This document shows, one piece after another, positions 1 through 13,538 of a stretch of DNA of 64,000 nt. Location: positions 868,001-932,000 of the forward strand of contig OZ024758.1 in assembly GCA_964016885.1 (NCBI GenBank). The letters are read 5' to 3'. The position numbers and the translations under genes were made by a program. The stretch is from Eledone cirrhosa. Its lineage: Eukaryota. The first letter of the stretch is position 1. Every line of letters begins with the position of its first letter. The notes below the pieces were generated by a model that worked only from the letters and a program-made list of their open reading frames with translations, was not told the DNA's origin and did no database searches.

Positions 1-265
1 TTCTATTCCACGAATGACCCCCAAACGCCTCCTCCCTATTGAGGAACCTTCTTTGTTTTAATTTTATTGACATCTTTTTTTAAACATTGTTAAAATTTGT
101 TTACACGCAAAACCCCCACACCAACCCACTAACCCCCACACCAACCCACCAACCCCCACACCAACACACTAACAACCCCCATACACCCCCACACACACTC
201 TATGTATTCGTCCTGTACTGTCAATGTTTTTCTTGATGTAAACCCTTTGTGGTTAATAAAGAAAT
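1..265 (+). mobile_element. 3' UTR/terminus of a Tx1/L1-like LINE related to the element at 39830-45562 (body lies upstream of the window)
   Basis: Shares GACCCCC..CGCCTCCTCyCTATTGAGGA (16-45 vs 45383-45414), a following T-rich tract, and terminal TTGATG..CCCT.GTGG..AATAAA(A)GAAAT (~234-265 vs ~45533-45561). Contains a 20-bp tandem repeat AACCCCCACACCAACCCACy x3 (111-173). Confidence 0.7.
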
Positions 266-735
266 CATACTATAAAGTAGAGTTTAACAGATATATGTTA
301 AAAATGTAGTAAACCAGGGTAAACTAGATGAGCAAGACTGAACTGATAGACACAAACATACACTCGCGCAGACACACAAACAGACACACATAATACACAC
401 ACAGACAATCACACATACATCCCCCCATATATATATATAGTTTGAGACTCACCCACACATACACACACACATACGCGCACATATACCCCCCCCCCCCCCA
501 CAATATATAGTTAGAGAGATAGAGAGTGAGAGATGGGTGCGTCTCGTTATGGGTGTTGCCGCCATGTGTGTTTTGTTTCTACGTGTGTGTATGTGTGAAT
601 GTAGAGAGCCACATGCAAGGGAACAGTAATCACAGTCACATACAGCGATACATACACACACACGCACAGAGCTCAACACTTATACATATATACATACATA
701 CACATACCTATATACATACATATATATATATAAAT

Positions 736-782
<47 letters not shown>

Positions 783-861
783 CTGTTGAGTGCTCTAAAT
801 CAGTTATAAACATTTATATTTATATTTGTCGGATTTCCAACAAATTAAATAACCCCTTCTA

Positions 862-1263
<402 letters not shown>

Positions 1264-1397
1264 TATCTATCTATATATCTATATATATGAAGATATATAT
1301 ATATATATATAATATTAAGGATACTATTTATAGCTATGTATATTTTAAACATAGCTTTGATTTGTGAATTCAATATATATATATATATATATATATC

Positions 1398-1465
<68 letters not shown>

Positions 1466-1934
1466 TCTCTCTATATATATATATAATCAACTGATATCAC
1501 AGCATAAGCGTGCCTTAGTCAAGTGTGCTCTGTCCAGACAACCCGATGTACATTCAAGTAAGCATAGCATTTTCCCCGTGTCCTAAACTGTATAAAGATC
1601 TCTGCTAATTAATTGTCACAACATCCTTATATGCCAGTCGATATATGCTGCTATATGCTACTATAATATATGTAATATTGCTATTCAACAAGACCGGAAA
1701 TATCTGTTCGCTAAGCTAATATGTAGCTAATGATCTCTCCAGTTTCATCCTATCTGATAATGAGGTATGAGAGTGATATAAGTTGTGTATGTTTGCCATC
1801 GTGTGTGTATGTTTGTGAGTATATAAGGCTATATATAGGAATCTATGCGTTTGTTTATATGTAAGTGGTTCATTTTGTTTCTCTTTATGTTTATATATAT
1901 ATATGTTAATGCATATATGTATGTATAAGCGTGA

Positions 1935-1979
<45 letters not shown>

Positions 1980-2615
1980 CATTTATAAATATTTTGGTGA
2001 TAATTGCGACTGTACTTGAGGTCTAGTTTTAGAACCATAAATACACACACATACACACACACACACATACACACACATACACACACACACATACACACAC
2101 ACACATACACACACATGCACGTACGCCCAAATACACAAATAGACACCATAATCATATTTAACAACAACTTAATAAAAACACGCTTTTACTACGATAATCC
2201 ATAAAATGATATTACACCGAAACACACAAACACACCTGTACACACATTACAGGTACGTTAACGATGATAATTGTATCCGAAAATATAAACTTACATACTC
2301 TCACTCAATAACAAATAATTAAATCTAGTGTTGTTATTATTATTACCTCCCTTTCACTTGACGAGCTATCATGTATGAAACAAAACGGCGGCCATGTGTT
2401 TCCTGAAAGATAAGCAACACTAACATATATTTATAACCGATGACTGCGCATGCTTTTAAACGTTAGGTAGCAGGCAACTGTGTTGAGAATATATTTATAA
2501 TAATATATTTAGGTCTTTTACTTAACATATATGGATCTTTTCGTTTAACTATATATACAAATATATTTTAAAAAAAAGAGAGACAGAGAGAGAGATAGAT
2601 AGATAGAGATATAGA

Positions 2616-2648
<33 letters not shown>

Positions 2649-2652
2649 CGTG

Positions 2653-2683
<31 letters not shown>

Positions 2684-2796
2684 CCTTAAGCTTGCTGAGA
2701 CCGAGAAGACCACGAGTACTCGATGGGGTACTCGATGCATGAGGAAATACAGATTGGGTACTGAGATAAATCTCGTGGTCGGGATTTTACATATCT

Positions 2797-2809
2797 CTAT
2801 CTATCTATC

Positions 2810-2891
<82 letters not shown>

Positions 2892-2899
2892 GCTAGCTA
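2797..2899. repeat. (TATC)n microsatellite
   Basis: Direct reading of tandem TCTA units. Confidence 0.95.
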
Positions 2900-3419
2900 T
2901 CCCCCCCCCTCTATATATATATATAAATATATATATATTATCCATAGGTCCCGAACCGAAAGTTCTCTGGAAAAGAAGGGATAGGCAGATACCAAAGTAT
3001 TTCAAACACTAGGTATATATTCATATAGTGTATACACGCCCCCACCCCCACACATGTATCAGATCGTTCCAACTAAGATAATAGACAATCGTCCCAAAAA
3101 GTATTCAAAATGTTGGGTAAGGTACCCATGGTGATAAACGCGGGCAGAGAACTATTTATATAGAGATATGTGCGTATGTGCATGTGATACGTATGTATAT
3201 ATGTGCGCGTTTATGCTAATATATATATGTGTGTGCGTCTGTGCATCCGCTCATAGAAAAACAGGAATTTTAGTTATATCCTTGCTTACATAAGTGAAGG
3301 AATTATACTGGAACAGACACACACACACATATCACCCCCCCCCACACACACACACAAATACACACACAAACATACATACATAGACACACACATATATATA
3401 TAAATTTATGTATATCTGT

Positions 3420-3700
<281 letters not shown>

Positions 3701-4105
3701 AACACATGTATGTATATATGTATGTGTTTCTTCATATGTAAATATGGAGTTCGTTCGTTTATGTGAATGACACTCAATACTACTTGCTGAAAGGCAGTGT
3801 GTGTCTGTGTAAGTGTGTATGTGTGTCTGTGTAAGTGTGTCTGTGTGTGTGTGTCTGTTATTTGGTCGTTTGTTTGATTGTTTTTACCCACAATGGTTTT
3901 GTTATGTGAAAACGAAAGAAGCAGTTATTTAGACTCCTAATGTAGAGCATTCTTAGACATTTCGGAAACATTTAGGTACACTTGATGACAGAAACGGTGA
4001 CAAAGACGATGGCATGAACTGGAGAGATTTAGCAATGACATATATATGTGTATATGTATAAGTGTAAGTGTATGTGTATATATATATATGTATATCATAT
4101 ATATA

Positions 4106-4155
<50 letters not shown>

Positions 4156-4670
4156 TACATACGTACATGTATATATATATACACACACATATATATATAT
4201 ATGTGTGTATGTATATTTATATATATGTTTGTACAAGTATATATATATATATATACATATATACAAACGTACATATATATATTTACACATATATATATAT
4301 ACACATACATACATACATACATGCATACATAGATGCATACATACACATACACACATACATACACACACAGATACATATACACACACACACACACTCAAAG
4401 ATACAATATGTCATGATGGTCGATTTTATTAGATGTCAGTCAACTGACTGGCTGGTTCATTAATTTCATCTCGTACACGGCATAGCGTCATATATCCGAC
4501 AAATATCGTGGCATTTTCGTGTCAATCTGACTAGACATTTGACTAGAGGTTCACTGATTCATAGGTAAAGTTTCGAAACTCTGGAAACACTAGCATACAC
4601 ATATAACAACAACAACAACAACAACAACAACAAAAACAACAACAACAACATCAACAATAATAATAATAAT

Positions 4671-4830
4671 TGTTCCTACTTCTGGCACAAGGCCAGCAAT
4701 TACCCAGTAAATTACTGGTACTTTATTTAATTGACACCGTATGGATGAAAGGCAAAGTTAACCTCGGCGGGATTTGAACTCAGATCGTAAAGGGACGTAA
4801 CTATATCGGAAAGCATGTCCGACCCTCTAC
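4671..4830 (-). mobile_element. tRNA-derived SINE family A, with (ATT)n/(GTT)n tail at ~4606-4670
   Basis: Aligns by eye with the full-length copy at 31140-31325; B box GAGTTCAAATCC on the minus strand. Confidence 0.85.
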
Positions 4831-4832
4831 TT

Positions 4833-4989
4833 GGTTTCTAATATAGACACAAAGACAGCAATTTTGGGAGACGGGAAAGTCTATTAAATTGCTGAAAGGC
4901 AAAGCTAACCTTGGAGGGGTTTGACTCAGAACGTAAGGAGCCGTAACTCTAGTCAATAAGCATATTCTCCGACGCTCTACCGATATTGC
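4833..4989 (-). mobile_element. SINE family A, diverged copy directly adjacent to the previous one
   Basis: GAAAGGCAAAGCTAACCT..GGTTTGACTCAG..CTCTACCGATATTGC matches the family with more substitutions and a deletion. Confidence 0.75.
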
Positions 4990-5359
4990 TTAATGGAAGC
5001 CAATTTTATATCCAGTTGGAAAACATAATGAGGCGTGTTAATTAATGAGAAGTGTTAATTAATTCCACCAAAACATGAAAATTAGGATGTTTTTAGACTG
5101 CACAATATCTATTATAAGGAAAGGACAATTGATTTAAACTAAAAAGATTAAATTAATTATAAATATCGAAATCAAAGTTTAAACCAATACTTAGCACTAA
5201 AGAAAACTGATAATAAAACATGCAGAAAAATAAAGGGTAAAAATAAGAAAATATTGCTAGAACTGGTTTAACTAATATTAAATATTACTAACTGAACTGA
5301 ACTCTCAATATATATATATATATATTAGAGATAGTATGTGGGAGCCAAAATATTTATTT

Positions 5360-5518
5360 TTAACCGTTGGTCAATCAATGATAAACATTGATTGCCAGAT
5401 AAATTAAGTATGGAGATATAAAAGATACAGAAACGAAAACCAATCCAAACCAAACAGTGAGTGTGTTTTATTATCATTTCTGGCAATATTATAACAATAT
5501 GATCCTCCCCAAATATAA
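5360..5518 (+). repeat. Unclassified ~160-bp interspersed repeat family C
   Basis: AACATTGATTGCCAGATAAATTAA..GATACAGAAACGAAAACCAA..CTGGCAATATT..CTCCCCAAATATAA recurs at 13355-13487 (+), 16438-16580 (-), and partially at ~28010-28070 and ~29362-29422. Confidence 0.8.
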
Positions 5519-6044
5519 TTATTATTAAATGTTATTAGTTTCGATAAATATTCCACAATATTTTGGCACCGCGGTAGAAAATTTAATATATTATTAACAT
5601 AAAAAAAGAGTGCAGAAAAGCCAAAGATCTCTACTCCAGTATTTTAAAGTTACATATCTATAAACAGCTCAAAGTCCATAGAGAATTTATTCGAGAAGAT
5701 TGAACGAGAATTTTAAACCAACGTAAATAAATAGGGCAAAGAAATTTAGTCGCGCGTCCTGCCGCTCAAGACACCACCCACAAAATAATTGTGCATGACA
5801 AGACCTCAGTAACATTACTGTCAAAGATTTCAACACAGAACTTCTAACATTCTTTCTCTAATTTTGCATTCATTCAGTTATGACGTTTTTCGAATAGAAT
5901 TCATTCCAAAACGATCCGATTCAATTTACGAATTTCAATACAAAACACTTGACAACAGTGACGGGAAAGAATAATTTTAAACACACACACACACATACAC
6001 ACACACAAACACACACACACATATACACTCACACACATACACAC

Positions 6045-6118
<74 letters not shown>

Positions 6119-6224
6119 GTATATATTTATATATATATATATAACTATATGTATACATTTATATATGTATATATAATATTTATGTATATATATATTAGTA
6201 CACACACACAAGAAACTCACTCAG

Positions 6225-6590
6225 ATGGTGGATGGGTGCTACACGAGAATGCTGAGGATGGCTCTGAACGTTAATCAGTATACACTGAGGATGAAAAACT
6301 CAGAGCTGTATGGGAGCATCCCAAAAGTCAGCTCAAAAGTGACACAGAGGAGACTGAGGTTAGCTGGACATGCTCACCGACATCCAGAGTTGACATTGCA
6401 CTCGGTACTCCTTTGGGAGCCCCTACATGGACACACTAGAAGAGAAAGACCAAGGTTAACGTATGTTGATGCCCTAAGGACAGACACTGGTCTGTTGGAG
6501 ATGCAGGACATGGCAGCGATAATGAGGGACAGAGACCGCTGGAGAGAACTCGTCCATGGATCTCGGGAATTTTACCCGCCTTAGATAGAT
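6225..6590 (+). mobile_element. 5'-truncated RTE-clade LINE 3' end (C-terminus of RT ORF, open for 119 aa)
   Basis: [45 protein letters not shown] is typical of the C-terminal region of RTE-type ORFs. It ends in a short TAGA-repeat tail. Confidence 0.8.
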
Positions 6591-7400
6591 ATATACATAT
6601 TCGTAGAGATAGTGAGTGAGAGAATAAGCTACGCTAGTTTGATAATACAAATACGGACAACCACACATACAAACATACAAACATACACCAACACACAAAT
6701 AAACACACACACACACACAAACAAACAAACCACAAAATACATGCACACGCACACATACTAACACACACATGCACACACACACAACCATACGAACCTATGT
6801 ATTGTATTTTGAAAGTATGTTGACATTTTCAAATTTAACAAATTCAACCCTTTGGATCTCTCTCTCTATATAAATAAGGGTGTACCCGTGTGGGAATATT
6901 CTAAAAAAAAGGGTGAACACCCGAGCTTTCTCTAAAAAAAGAAATGTTCCCGTTTCTTCCTGTTTTCGTTCCAGGCTGTTTTAATTTTCATTCTTTTATT
7001 CCTTATTCTGTTTTCTGATGAAGGACTAACGACGGAAACATTTAAAATATCTCGCTGCTATATCAAGCCTTAAACTAATACTTATCCTCATATATGTAGC
7101 GCAGAACCATTTACTTTTCGCACTACCCCCCCCCCCCCCCACATACACATACACACACACGCATACATATATATATATGCATGTATAATATATATGTATA
7201 CACACACACATATATATATATATATATGTATGTATAATATATATGTATACACACACACACACACACATGTATATATATATGTATTCATATAAAAATACCA
7301 AAATAGGATGCCGAGGTGACATAAATCGTTTAATCATTATTCATATATGTATATATATACACATATATGTATATAAATATATATATAACACACACACACA

Positions 7401-7468
<68 letters not shown>

Positions 7469-7479
7469 CATATATATAT

Positions 7480-7834
7480 ACATATTTTACCAAGCACTTA
7501 TATTCTTGTATATATATATATATAAAATGTAAAGTCTATTAGCCTTTAATATTTATCTTGTATTTCATCAAATTTATATTTATTAATTTCTTATTCTTTA
7601 CTTTTGTGATTACGTACATTGTTACATTTTAATAAGATTTCTCTCTTCGCCTTGCTTGTCTAATAGATTTTTGGTGTTTGAGTTTTTAAAACAAAAAGAT
7701 ATTTGGTGACAGCTGTTAAAGGTACTCTGTTTCGCCCTCTTCCATATCTTGCTAAATTCATCGTTACCAACAGTATCGACCTAAAATGGCTTGTAAATAT
7801 TACACCAACATATTTTACCAAGCACTTATATTCT

Positions 7835-7874
<40 letters not shown>

Positions 7875-8247
7875 AGAATATAAGAAGAGGGCGAAACAGA
7901 GTACATTTAACAGCTGTCACCAAATATATTTTTGTTTTCAAAACTCCACATATAAATTAAACACTCAATGGTTCTTCACACCTGTTGAATGAGCTTAATG
8001 AACCTATGGCATAAATATCATACATGAACGGATACCCCAACAGAAGATACATTAGTTTCCTTCCTGTCATTGGATAAAATATTCCGTACAAATTTTCATT
8101 AACTCCAAATTTTATCTCACCTCTACGCTTACTGCTTCTCAGTGGATGTCTATCAAATTGTACCTGTATGTTTGCAATAACATACACACGCACACACATA
8201 GACACTCACACACATACACATACACACACATACACACACACACACAT

Positions 8248-8281
<34 letters not shown>

Positions 8282-8320
8282 GCGCACACGCACGCACACG
8301 CACGCACGCACACACACACA

Positions 8321-8380
<60 letters not shown>

Positions 8381-9292
8381 CACACACACACATACACACA
8401 CACATATATACATAGATATATATAAGGAAGACTCGGGATCGCGACGGCTGAGCTCTTAATGTTTCAACAGCTAGTTCCAGAAACGGCAATACCTCAGCCG
8501 TCGGGGTCCCGTCTCTTTCATATAGCCATACTTTACTACACCAAGTATCGAGCACTCTGGTGAGTAATGGTCGAACCAATTCCTAACTGAATCTATCCTG
8601 ATACATATATGCATACACACACACACACATATATATAGTTAATTTGATTAAACAATAGGAGGCCGGACTGGGGATACTTATTTAAGGTTTTGAAGTGGCT
8701 AAAAACTCTATATATATTTTTAATAGCCTAGTTACATAAAACACTGACGACATTATGCGGATTGCATAATTAGGTAATCAATGAAAGGAATTACGGCAAA
8801 CACAAAGAGAATAGAGAAAATATTTGATTTGGAGATGGCCCATGGGTGATAATGTTGCGGCAGACCATCTTTGAATGGTTCGGAGATGGTCTGTCGTAGC
8901 AATAACACAGATAAAAGTAGTACTAGACCAAGTAAATATGTAATGTAATTCTCTTCCACTTTTATTTGAACCCTGTCTTCATTCGGGTTTTGTTATAATC
9001 CTCAGTCTCCAAATTTAACATGTTGATATTTTGTATGATATAGAGTTTGTTATAAATATTATAAAATACAAATATTTGCCTAGCCGTAAAATCTACACTC
9101 AACAACATAGAAATACAGCAACTAGCGAGCTTCCCAAACACCAAAAATCTATTAGACAAGCAAGGTGAAGAGAGAAATCTTATTAAAATGTAACAATGTA
9201 CTTAATCACAAAAGTAAAGAATAAGAAATTAATAAATATAAATTTGATGAAATACAAGATAAATATTAAAGGCTAATAGACTTTACATTTTA
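7480..9292. mobile_element. Nested inverted-repeat structure, probable Penelope-like element remnant
   Basis: 158-bp near-identical inverted repeats at 7523-7680 / 9135-9292 and an inner fold-back at 7680-7946. The degenerate peptide MNGYPNRRYISFLPVIG at ~8024-8075 resembles the NGYP...LPY.G region of Penelope ORFs. Confidence 0.45.
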
Positions 9293-9602
9293 ATACACAT
9301 TTTAGTTTTAAATCAATGAGAATTAAGGGAAATAGAAATTTGTGAAATTCAGGCAGTTTTCTGGGGGGTTTTCTTTTTGTTTTCGCTATGGTGAGATCAG
9401 ATATGTAAACAAAGCCACATATTCAATATTTTGCTGGACTTTCTGGTAAAAATTAATAAAAATCACATCAGAAGATTTGTAATACATCACGTACGATCAG
9501 AATTGTATTGACAAGAACTATCGAACATTCAGAAAAACATATACAACAACACTAGAAAGTGAAGTAAATACAAAAATGAGAGATGTTTTCCATTTATAGA
9601 AT

Positions 9603-9780
9603 GACCAAAATACTCTCATGGAATGACCAAATGAGGTATATTTTTAAACATAGTCCCTGGAAAGAAACAATGCAGTTATTAATAAGAAGAGTTGAAATTA
9701 ATGCATGCAAAATTTCACAGCTCTATCATCATTCCTTTATAGTCAATAGTCAGCTTTTGAACTTTCAGCCGATCTTCGTA
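9603..9780 (+). mobile_element. Mariner-like MITE, partial copy (right TIR only)
   Basis: Homologous to 51132-51319; ends AACTTTCAGCCGATCTTCG-TA. Confidence 0.75.
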
Positions 9781-10030
9781 TAATTTAGTTAACGCAGAAT
9801 AACCTTCTTTTGAGAATGAAACAAGCTGTGTGACCGTAACTAACAACTGAATTTCAACATTAATGGATATGTTTTAATTGACATCGAATAATTTCTATAT
9901 TGGAACCCCTCAGCGATTTAACTAATCCGAAACTTCAATTAGTATCAATTACATTTTATCATACACTTGCTCCCAATATATCCTTAATACTGGTATTCTG
10001 ATTAGCCCTATAGAATCTGCGTTATTTAAC

Positions 10031-10129
10031 GGTTAACTTTGCCTTTCATCCTTACGGGGTCCAAAAACAAAGTACCAGCAATACACTGGGATAATTGCTG
10101 GCCTTGTGCTAAAAGTAGAAACAGTTATT
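10031..10129 (+). mobile_element. SINE family A, 5'-truncated
   Basis: CTTTGCCTTTCATCCTTACGGGGTC..AAGTACCAG..GCTGGCCTTGTGC..AGTAGAAAC. Confidence 0.85.
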
Positions 10130-10874
10130 TAAAGGAGACTTCAACGCCTTAAACAGGAATACTAAAAATAGCCACCGCTTTTGCCTTGAATCAATTTGTA
10201 CCATTTTAAAGGAAATATTTAGTTGACAATGTAGATATCCAAACAAACTTAAAAACGAATACATTGGATAATATAGAAGTTGGTGTAATGTACCCGAGGA
10301 AATGTCATAAGGAACTCGGTTGGAATTCTTTCTAGCCTGGGCTTTTTTCGATCAAGTTTGACAGAACCGTAGGCAATCATTTGATCTGTTAGAAATAGTA
10401 GCCGAACCGTACTTAAATCACGTATTAAAAGAGTACGAAGAGATTAGATATTGTAATTGTAGATATGGAATGTTTGAGAACGGTTTGCACATGTCCAGAA
10501 CGTCTTTGATTATAGGATGTATACTCAGCCAGTGCTGATCTGGGATAAAAAATAACAAGGTCAACAGCCTGCCTGGATATTATTCCTGTACTGTGCCAAA
10601 GGCAAGCAAGACAACTTTCACGACACCCTGAGCCAGTATAATACTTTAGGTAACAAATAGGGGGAAAATGTTGCTTTAAATAACATCAAACACAAAATAG
10701 AGAATTACAAACATTCAGAAAATGAATAAAATATAGATTGAGTGAAATATAGAGAAGCAGATGATGTAGAATTATAAACTGTAGCAGAATAAAAGAGAAG
10801 AGAAGTGTTTCTGCACATAGGAGAGTGCTTGTTCTCCTGCACACATCACATAAGTATACACTTATGGATGATTG

Positions 10875-10930
<56 letters not shown>

Positions 10931-11269
10931 GTGCAGACTAGGTATAAAAACATTGGTTGCCAGATGAAGGAGGCCCACCTACATATAGAATGCTATCATT
11001 TAATTTTTATAATGAATAAATAACATTTTCAAAAAATACATAAGTGGAAACAAAACAGTACAATCAAATTTTTGCGGAAAAATATCTTACCTTCTCCAAT
11101 AAAAAATATTATGTGTTTCGCGAAATCCAGAAACTTTCCTAAACCGACCAGAAGTCGACCCTAAATATTACTAATAGCTCTAGGAAAGCCATGAGCGACA
11201 CCACATCTTTTCCACTTTGATTTTGAAAGTAGGTTTATAATTATTAATTTTCATTATACTGTTGTAGCT

Positions 11270-11340
11270 GTCTCGGTGGCCTAGTTGGAGGAATCGTGGA
11301 CGATGGTTATCCGGGTCTGAAGTTCGATTCTGATTGAGAG
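11270..11340 (+). ncRNA. tRNA-like Pol III unit (left arm of fold-back element); not a canonical tRNA
   Basis: A-box-like TGGCCTAGTTGG, B-box GTTCGATTC, ~71 nt, T4 and T7 runs at 11359-11372; cloverleaf imperfect. Confidence 0.5.
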
Positions 11341-11413
11341 TAGTGTTCCCAGTAAACCTTTTCAGTTTTTTTCTATGGGTTGTAAAATAAAAACTGAAAA
11401 AGGTTGCATGTAC

Positions 11414-11484
11414 CTCTTCATCAGGATTGAACCCAAGACCAGGATCTCTACCGTCTCTAGAACCTACCGCTAGGCCACGGAGAC
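11414..11484 (-). ncRNA. tRNA-like Pol III unit (right arm of fold-back element)
   Basis: Minus strand GTCTCCGTGGCCTAGCGGTAGG...GGGTTCAATCCTGATGAAGAG followed by T5 runs. Confidence 0.5.
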
Positions 11485-11744
11485 AACTACGAAACTCTTA
11501 TGAAAATTCATACTTATAAACCTACTTTCAAAATTTTCAAAACAAAGTGTTGCGGTGTCGCTCATGTCTTTCTTAAAGTTTTTGCCCCTACTTAAGGTCG
11601 ACTTCTAAATCATTTGGGTGTTCCATAAACTACATCCTCGTTTTGTTTCTCATCTATCTAGACTATATTTGAACCTGCAATCCATGTTTCATTTCTGTTC
11701 CACCTCATTTCTCCCCCTCCTTGGTTGACCTAATACTTTGCTTG

Positions 11745-11938
11745 ATTGTTTTATTTTTATTTTTTTATTTTATTCTTTCTCTTAGATTTCAGGTATTTTT
11801 TTAAAGCAAAGCATTGGCCCCTAAAATACTACAGTGGGCTACGCAATGCTACTGTGGGCTCTTGCAATACTACCGTAAGCGGGGGGGGGGGGTGCACTTA
11901 CCATTGGGAAACCTGGCCACCTGGCCAGTCCGCCACTG
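11745..11938. repeat. Interspersed repeat family D, probable DNA-transposon end
   Basis: TTCTTTCTCTTAGATTTCAGGTATTTTTT..GCATTGGCCCCTAAAATACTACAGT..AGTCCGCCACT repeated at ~34506-34673. The terminus reads CAGTGGCGGA on the minus strand, resembling a TIR end. Confidence 0.7.
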
Positions 11939-11982
11939 TCTCTCTCTCTATATATACATATATATATATGTATGTATGTATG

Positions 11983-12037
<55 letters not shown>

Positions 12038-12426
12038 TTGTATGTGCACGTGTGTGCGTGTGAGTGTAAAAGAAATGGAGAAAGAGATGAAGTGATTATT
12101 GAACATAGATTGACAAAATATCATTGTTGTTGTTGGCATTTATCGAATTAAAGCAGATTACACAAGTCTTAGTCTGGATTATGTCTGGCAGAAATGTTGT
12201 AAGAATTAGCAAGTCGTAAAGCGTCTTAAACGTTTATGTGACAGTTACATTGTTAATCCGATTCCAGAGATTCCGGATTTGTCTTTGGAAAGCAAATAGA
12301 GAAACAAGCATGAGACGGTATAACGAATGCCCTGAAATAGGAAGGATATAAGCAAACATGTAAACACATAAGCCGTCTTGCGTGTTTCGATGTATATATT
12401 TTTTATATATCTTTTCTGACAACACA

Positions 12427-12535
<109 letters not shown>

Positions 12536-13503
12536 TATATATATATGATCATGCATATGTTTTCAGCAAACATCTCAAAACACAAACACGTGTAGTTTAG
12601 TTATTTTGTGGCATTCACAAATAATATCAACAACCGGATGAGTAACATATACACGTGAAAACATTTTAATAATTGGACATAGGCAGACCCGTTCTTTTGC
12701 AAATAACTTAAGCTTATAAGAAAATTAGTGAAGTATCTTTTGTGTTCGTATAACGGTCGGGTTATAAATTGTATTACACTTCTATAATTGGATAGAGAAT
12801 TAATTTGAAACGTTGACTTAACATTAGCTGGTAGACTAAAATTGTTACCCATCTGGTTCTAGGCGGCCCTTAGTAGAATCGAGCCTGTTGTAATCATTCG
12901 GCCATATCTACTGTGTGAGGGGACTTTCTTCCTTTCATCCTACAACTTTCAGAAGCCCTGAAAAGTTCATGATGGCTGCCGTTGCCTCCTTGGTTAAACA
13001 GTCAAATAGAAATACTACACATATACTTGCATTGATTCTCACAGATTAAAGCAAAATAAAACCTTCAAACCTGTATTCCACAGACAAATCATAACGAGAA
13101 TAATTTCCCAGCCAAAGATATTTATTATTGCTAAAGAATCTGCTTTGAACTATGGGACATTGGGGACTCTGAAATAACATACACATATATACATACACAC
13201 ATAAATACATAAACACATATATATATATATATATACATACATACATATATTCATATATATATATACAAACATACATATAATACATACATATATGTATATA
13301 TATATTAATATATATATATATTTTTTTTTTTTTTATATATATATATGAGCTTATAACATTGATTGCCAAATAAATTAACTATGGCGATATAAAAGATACA
13401 GAAGCGAAAACCAACCAAACAGTGAGTGTGTTGTGTTATTATTTCTGGCAATATTACAACAATATGACCCTCCCCAAGTATAACAATATATATATACACA
13501 CAT

Positions 13504-13538
<35 letters not shown>

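Larger units (their letters stand above)
11150..11648. mobile_element. Fold-back element with two convergent tRNA-like units, copy 1
   Basis: Imperfect palindrome AGAAGTCGACC(11150)...GGTCGACTTCT(11606) with internal mirrored blocks (TTTTGAAAGTAGGTTTATAA / TTATAAACCTACTTTCAAAA; CCTTTTCAGTTTTT / AAAAACTGAAAAAGG). Second copy at 34895-35388. Confidence 0.8.

Noticed and set aside
111-173. CRISPR-like or telomeric array
   Set aside because: Spacerless 20-bp tandem repeat in a eukaryotic LINE UTR; no TTAGGG array and no cas genes.
2385-2455. Promoter-like motifs (GCGGCCATGT YY1-like, TGCGCATGC NRF1-like)
   Set aside because: Short motifs with no linked exon; could be chance or a transposon remnant.
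11270-11484. Bona fide tRNA genes
   Set aside because: A/B boxes are present, but anticodon and T arms do not fold canonically and differ between copies; reported as tRNA-like only.
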